The translations under genes were made by a program, and so were the position numbers. 15,646 bases of DNA. Origin: Pseudothermotoga sp. Lineage in GTDB: Bacteria > Thermotogota > Thermotogae > Thermotogales > DSM-5069. Within the stretch, counting starts at the first letter, position 1, and each line of letters begins with the position of its first letter. Shown here one piece after another: positions 7,917-15,646 of the stretch. The notes beneath the pieces are model-generated. The model was not told where the DNA came from and ran no database searches. It worked only from the letters and a program-made list of their open reading frames with translations. The DNA is taken from NCBI GenBank assembly GCA_041640575.1, contig JBEPZZ010000014.1, positions 1 to 15,646 of the forward strand. Direction: 5' to 3'.

Positions 7917-10252
7917 GCTTCCTCAACCACCTGTTCGATAGTGTCAATGAGTACTATTTCCATCTTTTCACGTACCTGTTCGGGTATTTTTATAAGCTCT
8001 TTCTCATTTGCCTTTGGAATTAGAACTTTCTTTATTCCGTTACGGTATGCCGCCAGGATCTTTTCTTTTATCCCACCTACCGCGATCACCTTTCCTCTGA
8101 GTGTTAGTTCTCCCGTCATCGCAAGATCATTTCGAACCTTTCGCGAACTTGCGCTTGATATTATTGCCGTTGCCATTGTTATTCCAGCAGATGGGCCATC
8201 TTTTGGAACAGCTCCTTCGGGTACGTTAAGGTGAAGGTCATTTTGCTCAAAAGTATCTTTGTGTTTTTCCCCACAAAATGCCCTTGCTACACTCAAAGCA
8301 ATTCTGGCTGATTCTTTCATAACTTCTCCAAGTCTTCCAGTGAGTATGAGCTGACCTTTTCCGGGCATTAGCAAAGCTTCAACTACCATGACTGTACCAC
8401 CGTACTCAGTCCAAGCAAGTCCATGTACAACTCCAATCTCTGGTTTCGACAAAATCAAGTCGTTGTAAGAACGCTCAACACCCAGGTATTTTGCGATATC
8501 CTTCGGTTTCACTTCAACCTTGTGTGAACCTTCTTCCAGCTTCAGAGCAACCTTTCTGACCAGTTTTTCTAAGTTTCTGGTCAGTTGTCTCACACCAGCT
8601 TCTTTTGTGTAGTCTGATATTATCTTTCGTATCGTTCTTTTACCGATCTTCAGTTGTTCATCTGAGATAGCCATTTCTTTGAAGATTTTTGGCAACAAAT
8701 AATCCTTTGCAATAACAATTTTTTCCTCTTCAGTGTAGCTTTCAAGTTCTATGACTTCCATTCTGTCCAGCAAAGCTGGTGGAATTGTGTGAGTAACGTT
8801 TGCGGTGGTTATAAACAACACTTGCGACAAGTCGAAAGGTATTTCAAGGTAATGATCCACAAATTCCTTATTTTGTTCGGGATCCAAGACTTCTAGCAAT
8901 GCTGCTGCCGGATCTCCCTGGAAGCTAACAGTCAACTTGTCTATCTCGTCCAGAAGCATTACGGGATTCTTTGCTTGAGCGCTACGTATCAACTGGATTA
9001 TTCGACCAGGCATGGCACCGACGTATGTCCTTCTATGTCCCTTTATTTCTGCCTCATCTCGCAATCCACCAAGGGACATTCGAACGAATTTTCTGTTAAG
9101 TGCATCAGCAACGGCTTTGCCAAGCGACGTTTTTCCAACCCCAGGAGGGCCCACAAGACATAAGATCGGAGCTCGGATCGCGTTGCTTCTTTTTCTAACC
9201 GCGAGAAACTCTAAGATCCTCTCTTTTGCTTCCTTCAAACCGTAATGACTTGCTTCAAGAATCTTTCGTGCACGCACCATATCTTGGTTATCTTCAGTTG
9301 AATTATTCCAAGGAAAATTGAGAATCCAATCTAAATATGTTCTAATAACCGTCGCTTCAGCGGAATGTGCGGGAGTTTTTTCGAACCTTTCAAGCTCTGC
9401 TTGAGCTTTTTGCATTACGTGTTGGGGCAGATTTGCTTTCTCGATTTTCTGCCTAAGTTCGACGACTTCTGGATTTTTCTCACCGAGTTCTTCACTGATA
9501 GCTTTCAACTTCTCCCTAAGAAAAATTTCTTTTTGCGATTCTTCAATCTTTTTCCTAACCTTATTGTTTAACTCGTTTTCTATTTCGAGTATTTCATTTT
9601 CGTGTGAGAGTATTTCAAAAAGTATTTCTAGCCTTCTAGCTGGATGAATCTCTTCCAAAAGGGCTTGGCGCTTTTCAAAGGGTATAAACAATAAAGAAGC
9701 TATAAAGTCTGCAAATCTGCTCGGATCATCTATTTCAGCAACAGCAGAGAGCGTTTCCTGTGAGTATCTTTGCGTGTAGAAAGCATATTTTGAGAAACTT
9801 TCGGCAACCCTTCTTACAAGAGCCTCCATCTTTTTTGTGTATTTGTAATTGACTGTGAGAGGCTCCAACTTTACAATAACTGGATCAGTTTCAACCACTT
9901 CGTAAGCTTTTGCCCTTTGCAAGCCTTCCAACAATACTCTATAGCTTCCATCTGGCATTCGAGCTACTTGTAAAATCTTTGAAATTGTACCAATATTGTG
10001 CAGTTGATCAAAAGCTGGGTCTTCAATCCGAGGATCTTTTTGTGATGTAACGAATATCATTTGCTCATAACTTTCAAGTGATTTTTCCAGAGCATAAAGT
10101 GACTTTTCTCTAGCCACATGAACGGGAATCACAGTATGAGGGAACACTACCAAACCGTTTCTCAAAGGTATCAACGGCAAGACTTTTGGTAATTGTGTGT
10201 CTTCAAAACTTTCTTTTGCATATTTCTCAAGTTTTTCGAATTTCTTGTTCAC
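7907..10252 (-). CDS. lon: ATP-dependent protease La (LonA)
   Basis: N-domain [14 protein letters not shown], Walker [22 protein letters not shown], Walker B MLLDEIDK, catalytic PKDGPSAG and GGIKEK. Start moved to GTG 10252 because RBS GAGGTG (10258-10263) lies 5 nt upstream; 781 aa. Confidence 0.97.
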   Translation of the reverse strand: MNKKFEKLEKYAKESFEDTQLPKVLPLIPLRNGLVVFPHTVIPVHVAREKSLYALEKSLESYEQMIFVTSQKDPRIEDPAFDQLHNIGTISKILQVARMPDGSYRVLLEGLQRAKAYEVVETDPVIVKLEPLTVNYKYTKKMEALVRRVAESFSKYAFYTQRYSQETLSAVAEIDDPSRFADFIASLLFIPFEKRQALLEEIHPARRLEILFEILSHENEILEIENELNNKVRKKIEESQKEIFLREKLKAISEELGEKNPEVVELRQKIEKANLPQHVMQKAQAELERFEKTPAHSAEATVIRTYLDWILNFPWNNSTEDNQDMVRARKILEASHYGLKEAKERILEFLAVRKRSNAIRAPILCLVGPPGVGKTSLGKAVADALNRKFVRMSLGGLRDEAEIKGHRRTYVGAMPGRIIQLIRSAQAKNPVMLLDEIDKLTVSFQGDPAAALLEVLDPEQNKEFVDHYLEIPFDLSQVLFITTANVTHTIPPALLDRMEVIELESYTEEEKIVIAKDYLLPKIFKEMAISDEQLKIGKRTIRKIISDYTKEAGVRQLTRNLEKLVRKVALKLEEGSHKVEVKPKDIAKYLGVERSYNDLILSKPEIGVVHGLAWTEYGGTVMVVEALLMPGKGQLILTGRLGEVMKESARIALSVARAFCGEKHKDTFEQNDLHLNVPEGAVPKDGPSAGITMATAIISSASSRKVRNDLAMTGELTLRGKVIAVGGIKEKILAAYRNGIKKVLIPKANEKELIKIPEQVREKMEIVLIDTIEQVVEEACL

Positions 10253-10709
10253 CAAACCACCTCGAGGCAATCTTGTCAAGTACTTTCTTATCTTGACACT
10301 CTATAGTAACATTTCTAGCATCACCACAGAAATCAAGATGAATTCTCAAGAAATCTCTGGGCCAAAATTTTTTCAGCCTATCTGCCCACTCAACTATCAA
10401 GATTGAGTTTTCCTGTTCAAGTGCTTCCTCGATTTCCATTAATAGCTCATGATCTTGCTGTTCTATCCTATATAAGTCCAAATGATAAATGACTTTGGAA
10501 CCTTTGTAAATGTTCAGGATGGAAAAAGTTGGGCTTTTTACAATGCATTCTTTGAGATTGAAAGAAGTCACGAACCCTTTGACAAAAGTCGTTTTGCCTG
10601 AGCCAAGATCCCCAACCAATAACACAGCTTTAATCTCGTCTAATTCCTCTCCTACAAGCTTTGCGAGGCTTTTGAGCTTTTCCTCATTCAAACATCTCAA
10701 AGAGAGCAT
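10227..10709 (-). CDS. tsaE: tRNA threonylcarbamoyladenosine biosynthesis ATPase TsaE (YjeE)
   Basis: [35 protein letters not shown]; 160 aa. Confidence 0.95.
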   Translation of the reverse strand: MLSLRCLNEEKLKSLAKLVGEELDEIKAVLLVGDLGSGKTTFVKGFVTSFNLKECIVKSPTFSILNIYKGSKVIYHLDLYRIEQQDHELLMEIEEALEQENSILIVEWADRLKKFWPRDFLRIHLDFCGDARNVTIECQDKKVLDKIASRWFGEQEIRKT

Positions 10710-10713
10710 ATCG

Positions 10714-11469
10714 TTATCGTTCCACTTGTTGAATAACTTTCAGAAGTTCTTCATGCACAGCTTTATTACTGAATACAAAACTTTTCGAGTTCAAATTTGC
10801 TTCATTTCCATTGATATCCGTCACTATTCCTCCGGCTTCTTTTACCATAAGAAGAACAGGTGCGACATCCCAAGGATTAGCTCTGCGAGCCACAAAAAAA
10901 TCAAATCTACCGCATGCAACATATGCTCCGGCCAGTATAGCACTTCCCATGATTCTCATTCTTCGCACTTTTCTTTCCATCAGGCTTAGAAATCTTCCAG
11001 TGAAATCCACATAAAATCCAACGTTTCCGATGCAATCTTTTAGCTTTTCACTTGAGGAAACATTAATTCTTTCACCGTTTTTGTATGCACCTTGGTTCTG
11101 AGCGCTGTAGAAAGTTTCATTTAAAACAGGATCATGAGCCACACCAATGACTACATTACCCTTTTCAACATAAGCTATAGCAACGCTAAAAGAAGGTAAG
11201 CCATGCACAAAGTTCATAGTGCCGTCAATTGGATCTATTATCCAAAGTCTGTCTCCATCCTCAAAAAGGCCTTCCTCAGCTAAAATTGAATCGTTTGGAA
11301 AATACTCTCTTATTTGCTCAACAATCATTTGCTGGGCATGCTTATCACAGTCTGTAACTAAATCTTGAAAAGAACTTTTTTCACGAACGTTTAATGCCCT
11401 ACCCCAGTATTGCATAACATATAGTCCAACTTGTCTAGCTATCTTTATGGCGAAATCTAACCTATCCAT
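10714..11469 (-). CDS. suhB: Inositol monophosphatase family protein (SuhB; IMPase/FBPase)
   Basis: DLVTDCD, LAEE, WIIDPIDGTMNFVHG, RIMGSA, PWDVA, EAGG. RBS GGAGG upstream. Confidence 0.93.
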   Translation of the reverse strand: MDRLDFAIKIARQVGLYVMQYWGRALNVREKSSFQDLVTDCDKHAQQMIVEQIREYFPNDSILAEEGLFEDGDRLWIIDPIDGTMNFVHGLPSFSVAIAYVEKGNVVIGVAHDPVLNETFYSAQNQGAYKNGERINVSSSEKLKDCIGNVGFYVDFTGRFLSLMERKVRRMRIMGSAILAGAYVACGRFDFFVARRANPWDVAPVLLMVKEAGGIVTDINGNEANLNSKSFVFSNKAVHEELLKVIQQVER

Positions 11470-11489
11470 CTTCTTCCTCCTATGAAATT

Positions 11490-11514
11490 AAGGGGTCCTG
11501 TCGGACCCCTTTTT
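11490..11514. terminator. GC-rich hairpin immediately 3' of tRNA-Val (terminator-like)
   Basis: aaggggtcc (11490-11498), loop tgtc, ggacccctt (11503-11511). The U-tract is weak on the minus (tRNA) strand (TTAATTT) and stronger on the plus strand (TTTTT). Confidence 0.7.
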
Positions 11515-11588
11515 GGTGGGTGCGGCAGGGATTGAACCTACGGCCTCTTCCTCGTCAAGGAAGCGCTCTCCCACTGAGCTACGCACCC
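11514..11588 (-). tRNA. tRNA-Val(GAC)
   Basis: 75 nt: GGGTGCG acceptor pairing with CGCACCC, D arm GCTC/GAGC, anticodon arm CTTCC-TTGACGA-GGAAG, T arm GTAGG-TTCAATC-CCTGC, encoded ACCA end. Confidence 0.97.
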
Positions 11589-11602
11589 GTTCAGCGTTTA
11601 TT

Positions 11603-11631
11603 ATGATAACATATTCTCTGGGATATTTCAA
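11603..11631 (-). promoter_or_regulatory. Sigma70-type promoter for tRNA-Val
   Basis: Minus strand TTGAAA (11626-11631), 17-nt spacer, TATCAT (11603-11608), with a TGn extended -10; 14 nt upstream of the tRNA. Confidence 0.7.
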
Positions 11632-11689
11632 GCCCTAAAGTTCATTGGACAGATCACAGAGAATAGTATGAAAAAATGGGGGGAAGAAC

Positions 11690-12037
11690 ATGATTATTAA
11701 ACCGACCGAAATGAAAACTGAATTGATTCAAAACATGAGAGGTGGGAAAGGAGAGGTTCAAATTCAGCACCTGGTTGACAAACAGCTTATGGAAGGTAAA
11801 GCAAGATTATTTGCGAAAATTTCCGTAAAACCAAACTCTTCTATTGGTTTTCACAGACATGATAATGAGTTTGAAATTTTCTACATACTTTCTGGGGAAG
11901 GATTGTTTCACGAAGATGATAAAATTGTTCCCGTCAAAGCAGGTGATATTTGCTTAACACAGTCAAGTCACAGCCATTCAATTGAAAACACTTCAAGTGG
12001 CGATCTTGAATTCTTAGCCGTTATAATACTGCTTTAA
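11690..12037 (+). CDS. Cupin domain metalloprotein (TM1287-like monocupin)
   Basis: Cupin motif 1 GFHRHDNEFEIFYILSGEG and motif 2 GDICLTQSSHSHSIEN. NMRGGKGEV and DLEFLAVIILL resemble T. maritima TM1287 as I recall it. RBS GGGGG. Confidence 0.9.
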   Translation: MIIKPTEMKTELIQNMRGGKGEVQIQHLVDKQLMEGKARLFAKISVKPNSSIGFHRHDNEFEIFYILSGEGLFHEDDKIVPVKAGDICLTQSSHSHSIENTSSGDLEFLAVIILL

Positions 12038-12044
12038 AATGTAA

Positions 12045-13682
12045 TTATGAATTTCTCGAGTTGTTAACTTGGCGTTTTTTGTGCTCATACATCAGTTTGT
12101 CTAACTCTTTCAGTATTGTTGGCACAGTTAAATCTTCTGTGGGCTTTACTTCTATGATACCGTAGCTTATCGACACCTCTACTTTGCTAAGCTGTTCAGG
12201 CTTTTCCACATCGTTGAAGGTTTTTTGAACTCTTTGCATTATTGTTTCTGTTTCCTTTTTTGAAACATCTGGCAGGATTATCAAAAATTCGTCGCCACCT
12301 AACCTTGCAACATAGTCAGTTTTTCTTAAATGTTTTCTGACTTTCTCAACAACGTATTTCAATAGGATGTCTCCGACATCGTGCCCAAATGTGTCATTGA
12401 CAAATTTCAGATGATCGACATCAAAGTAGCAGAGCGAAATCGTTGACTGCTTTGATTCGATGAGTTTTCTAACTATCTCGAATGCAGCTCTTCTGTTCAA
12501 TGTTTTCGTCATATCATCGGTTGAAGCAAGTTCTGCAAGTTGTGCTTGAAGTTCATTTTGTCTTCTTATTTGTTCCAGTAATATTTGTGCTTGCTGCGTC
12601 ATTTTCAAGCTATCTTCTTTTAAAGTTAATACTAGTTCATGATACCTTTGTGTCAGCTGGTCTATCTCAACTATGTTCGTGTTGATCAATTGCTCTTGAT
12701 TGCCTTCATACGTTTGTCTAAGAAGGCTATTAACTGATTTTCTTATCCTTCTTGCCGATACTGAGTTGAAAACAATGAAGAATCCAACAATTCCAGCTAA
12801 AATCAGGTTCAAGGTTGTTAAAAACGTGTTTCTTACCTTCCAAAGTGGTTGCAAGTTTAAAGTTATTTTTGTTTTAAAGGCAAACGGGCAATCCTTCGGT
12901 TGAACGATTCCATAAACGTATAACAATTCAGAAGGTCCATTCACAAAGAGCAAATTTGATGAGGTCAACTTCTCAAAGTTCTGCCTATCTTCGCTAGTTA
13001 ACTTGAAAATTGCTGAAATTGGTGCAAGGTTTTCTGTAAAGAATGAAGCTTCCACAAGTGTTTCAGAGGCTTTTGAAAGTTCTTTTATTGAATTTAGGAA
13101 TCTTTCTATTTGTTTTGTGCCAATGAAAATCCCTATTTCGAAAATTCTTCCATCGTCCAGTTTTACATACGAAAATGACCTTGGCAGATTTGTTCGAGTT
13201 TCAAAGGTAACAGGATCAAATTGCTTTTGCCCAGGTTGCAAACTAGACAACTTTTCCCAGTAAATTTTATTCTTCTTTAGATCGAGACCAATGTCATTTG
13301 GATAATTTGTTCTTTCAATGATACCGTCTTTGTTGATCAAGTACCAATGAATACTTTCATTTGTTTGCAGCAGCTGATTCAAAAGTGTTTCTATTTCATC
13401 ATCTGACAAATTTGGGTTTGATTTGAATTGCTGATACATCGAGTTTAAAACATTTTCTAAATTTTTGTTGGCCACATTTTGCAAATCAGTAAGGCTAAGC
13501 ATCATCAATCCAGCTGTTTTGAGAAGATGATCGGATATTGTCAAAACAACGTTTTTCTGGACAAAGTTGTTGAACAATCTTATTGTCGTAAAGTTGAAAA
13601 GAACAATCAACACTACGATTGCTAATAAAAACGCTATCAAATTTTTCACAAAATATTGTGATAGTGTTCGCGGCTTTCCCAA
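12045..13682 (-). CDS. Membrane-bound sensor diguanylate cyclase (TM - extracytoplasmic Cache-like domain - TM - coiled coil - GGDEF)
   Basis: Two TM segments (LIAFLLAIVVLIVLF; LNLILAGIVGFFIVF), DDMTKTLNRR, DVDHLKFVNDTFGHDVGD, RKTD I-site (12315-12326), GGDEF (12285-12299). RBS GGAGG 7 nt before TTG. Confidence 0.93.
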   Translation of the reverse strand: MGKPRTLSQYFVKNLIAFLLAIVVLIVLFNFTTIRLFNNFVQKNVVLTISDHLLKTAGLMMLSLTDLQNVANKNLENVLNSMYQQFKSNPNLSDDEIETLLNQLLQTNESIHWYLINKDGIIERTNYPNDIGLDLKKNKIYWEKLSSLQPGQKQFDPVTFETRTNLPRSFSYVKLDDGRIFEIGIFIGTKQIERFLNSIKELSKASETLVEASFFTENLAPISAIFKLTSEDRQNFEKLTSSNLLFVNGPSELLYVYGIVQPKDCPFAFKTKITLNLQPLWKVRNTFLTTLNLILAGIVGFFIVFNSVSARRIRKSVNSLLRQTYEGNQEQLINTNIVEIDQLTQRYHELVLTLKEDSLKMTQQAQILLEQIRRQNELQAQLAELASTDDMTKTLNRRAAFEIVRKLIESKQSTISLCYFDVDHLKFVNDTFGHDVGDILLKYVVEKVRKHLRKTDYVARLGGDEFLIILPDVSKKETETIMQRVQKTFNDVEKPEQLSKVEVSISYGIIEVKPTEDLTVPTILKELDKLMYEHKKRQVNNSRNS

Positions 13683-13756
13683 GCATTGTCCTCCTTTATA
13701 AGGCAGTTAGGATTGGCACATTATGTCATATTGATATTAAATCTGCTTCAAACAAG

Positions 13757-13785
13757 ATTATATGTATTTCATATTTGAAAATCAA
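13757..13785 (-). promoter_or_regulatory. Sigma70-type promoter for the diguanylate cyclase
   Basis: Minus strand TTGATT (13780-13785), 17-nt spacer, TATAAT (13757-13762). Confidence 0.65.
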
Positions 13786-13886
13786 GTTAACAAAACTCTT
13801 AAACTGCTCTGAACCATTCAGTTGTCCAAAGCTTATTGTATAATGAAAAACTAGAGAAACGATTCACTAGATCAAAGGAGTCAACC

Positions 13887-15080
13887 ATGAAAAGGCTCTT
13901 TTTGAGCGATTTACATATTGCAGACGGTTCATCAAAGGATGATTTTGAATTCGATATTGAGCTTGCCAATTTGTTGGAGGATTTTTCCTACCAGCCAAAT
14001 GTCGAATTGATAATTGTTGGAGATGGTCTTGAAATCCTTGAAAGCCAAGTTGTGAAGGAACTTGGGCTTTTACCTTTTGAACAACTTATTGACAGAATCG
14101 ATGAAACTGTTATCGACGATATTTTTGATCGCCATCCAATCGTTTTGGAAGCGCTTAGACGATTTTCAAAACATCATCGAATAGTTTATGTTGTTGGTAA
14201 CCATGATTATTATCTTTTGAGAAACAAGAAGCTTGCCGAGAGGTTGAGAGAGCTCATCAACATTGATATAGTTCCATATTATTACATTCCTGAAATAGGT
14301 ATACTTGCTATGCATGGCAATCAATTTGATGTCATAAACAAATTCGGATATGATAATAAAAATAAGGTTTTGGTTCCACCACTTGGTGATTATATAGCTC
14401 GCTATATGATGTTTTTCTTTGATGAAAGAGTCAATTCTTTGGTTCCAGAGGAAATAATACGAGATTACGACAACGTTAGACCCGCTCTGGATGTTTTTCA
14501 CTGGTTCAAGTGGGCTGTTGACTTTTACGAGGTCAGTTTTGATGTTTTGGAACTGTGGATAAGCACGTTCTTGAAAATGATGAGAACAGCTGATGCAAGA
14601 TTTTGGATGAAAAAGAACTTTCCTGTGTTAAGCTGCATGTCGAGACTTTTTCTTAACAAAGTTGGTGGTATGAAAATAGGATCGGCTCTGGTGAGAATAA
14701 CAATGAACTTGCGCAATGCTCGAAACACAGATTATCTGTATAAAGTTGCAAAGCATTTGTTGCTTGGTAAGAAAAAGTTACGCAGGGAAGATCTGCTTGG
14801 ATACGAAGATGGACCAGTAGAATTTGAAAAACTTAACGGGGTTGTCTTCGGGCATATTCATCACAACACGCTCAGGATAATTCCTTGCAATGGTTCAAAC
14901 AAATTTTATGTCAACTGTGGGACTTGGAGACCAGTTGTTGAAAAGATTGACAGAAAAAAGAAGTATGGCTTTCACAAAAAAGCAGAGCTGTTTTACGCAA
15001 TTATAATGGATGATAAAGGATCAGATCTAGAGATAATTACCAACACAACGAACAAACTTATTAAAAACAAGCTTATGTGA
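13887..15080 (+). CDS. Calcineurin-like metallophosphoesterase, substrate unknown
   Basis: All five motifs present: SDLH, VGD, GNHD, MHG, FGHIH; also YVNCGTW. Start set at ATG 13887 with RBS AAGGAG 6 nt upstream; 397 aa. Confidence 0.88.
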   Translation: MKRLFLSDLHIADGSSKDDFEFDIELANLLEDFSYQPNVELIIVGDGLEILESQVVKELGLLPFEQLIDRIDETVIDDIFDRHPIVLEALRRFSKHHRIVYVVGNHDYYLLRNKKLAERLRELINIDIVPYYYIPEIGILAMHGNQFDVINKFGYDNKNKVLVPPLGDYIARYMMFFFDERVNSLVPEEIIRDYDNVRPALDVFHWFKWAVDFYEVSFDVLELWISTFLKMMRTADARFWMKKNFPVLSCMSRLFLNKVGGMKIGSALVRITMNLRNARNTDYLYKVAKHLLLGKKKLRREDLLGYEDGPVEFEKLNGVVFGHIHHNTLRIIPCNGSNKFYVNCGTWRPVVEKIDRKKKYGFHKKAELFYAIIMDDKGSDLEIITNTTNKLIKNKLM

Positions 15081-15090
15081 GGTGATTTTT

Positions 15091-15646
15091 CTGATAAGAC
15101 AGATCATAGAAGAAGCTGTTAGCAAGGTTATTTCGGATGTTTGTGGCTCAGTTTATCAATTTGAGGTTCAAGAAGCTCCAAAGCAGTTTGGCGATTTTGC
15201 TACCAATGCTGCTTTGGTAGGTGCAAAGTACGTCAAAAAGCCGCCAATGATTTATGCTGAACAGCTCAAAACAAAGTTGCTTGACACAGGTTTATTTGAT
15301 TCCGTTGAAATTGCAAAACCTGGTTTTATAAACTTTAAGGTAAAGAAATCTGTCTTGCTGAATGTTCTTTCTAAGATTATTCAAAATGAAGATTATCCGA
15401 TTCGAAAAGTTCAACCAAGAAGAATTCAGTTTGAATATGGTAGTGCGAATCCAACAGGTCCTTTTACGGTTGGGCATGGTAGGCAACTTGTTATTGGTGA
15501 TGTACTTTCAAACGTTTTCAGAGAGCTCGGATTTGATGTCACAAGAGAAATGTATATAAATGATGCTGGCAGGCAGATAAAATTACTTGCAAGATCATTG
15601 TGGGTAAGATACAATCAGCTGCTCGGAGTCGAAAACATCGAGCTTC
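15091..15646 (+). CDS. argS: Arginine--tRNA ligase, 5' part (continues past the right edge); start CTG 15091 or GTG 15082
   Basis: Hand translation: IRQIIEEAVSKVIS...FGDFATNAAL...AKPGFINF...FEYGSANPTGPFTVGHGRQLVIGDVLS...VTREMYINDAGRQI. RBS GAGGTG (15079-15084). Not in the ORF track. Confidence 0.96.
   Translation, partial: MIRQIIEEAVSKVISDVCGSVYQFEVQEAPKQFGDFATNAALVGAKYVKKPPMIYAEQLKTKLLDTGLFDSVEIAKPGFINFKVKKSVLLNVLSKIIQNEDYPIRKVQPRRIQFEYGSANPTGPFTVGHGRQLVIGDVLSNVFRELGFDVTREMYINDAGRQIKLLARSLWVRYNQLLGVENIEL

Noticed and set aside
7332..10252. lon-engB adjacency
   Set aside because: Well-known conserved arrangement (for example Bacillus lonA-ysxC).
10253..10279. Lon N-terminal extension MTRLPRGGL from the ORF track
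   Set aside because: The RBS lies inside it, so GTG 10252 is the better start.
10510..10989. 159-aa plus-strand ORF and other antisense ORFs (4275-4658, 7941-8234, 14166-14501 etc.)
   Set aside because: Antisense to well-supported genes, with no recognisable motifs.
11490..11690. tRNA-Val as an integration site for an island
   Set aside because: No integrase, no duplicated tRNA 3' end noticed, and core genes lie directly downstream.
13683..13886. c-di-GMP or other riboswitch in the cyclase leader
   Set aside because: The predicted leader is only ~65-70 nt, AT-rich, with no recognisable aptamer motif or stable stems by eye.
13836..13886. Upstream TTG start for the metallophosphoesterase
   Set aside because: No SD before it, it overlaps a TATAAT (13839-13844), and ATG 13887 has AAGGAG and begins right before the first catalytic motif.

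Overview
Gene-dense, AT-rich bacterial chromosomal segment that looks like Thermotogota (Pseudothermotoga/Thermotoga-like). This assignment is inferred from the long PIMT, a TM1287-like cupin, the ArgS TVGH motif and GGAGGTG-type RBSs; no search was run. From left to right: the 5' ~1045 codons of a thioester-containing bacterial alpha-2-macroglobulin (absent from the ORF track, runs off the left edge), coupled to pcm; a terminator; an aldo/keto reductase; a TM/coiled-coil/HTH protein (SwrB/DUF6115-like); a minus-strand run of tRNA-Val(GAC), suhB, tsaE, lon, engB(yihA), an unannotated 28-aa signal-peptide-like ORF and a membrane-sensor HD-GYP protein; a cupin; a membrane GGDEF diguanylate cyclase; a calcineurin-like metallophosphoesterase; and the 5' part of argS. 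No mobile elements or CRISPR arrays were seen. The best candidate for an undescribed system is the small ORF 7169-7255 (MKKMWKVFLIAASLLTLLISAVA-HIELW), directly upstream of a multi-TM HD-GYP c-di-GMP phosphodiesterase and embedded in nested inverted repeats. It may be a peptide signal/receptor pair feeding into c-di-GMP. Two genes also appear to start at CTG.
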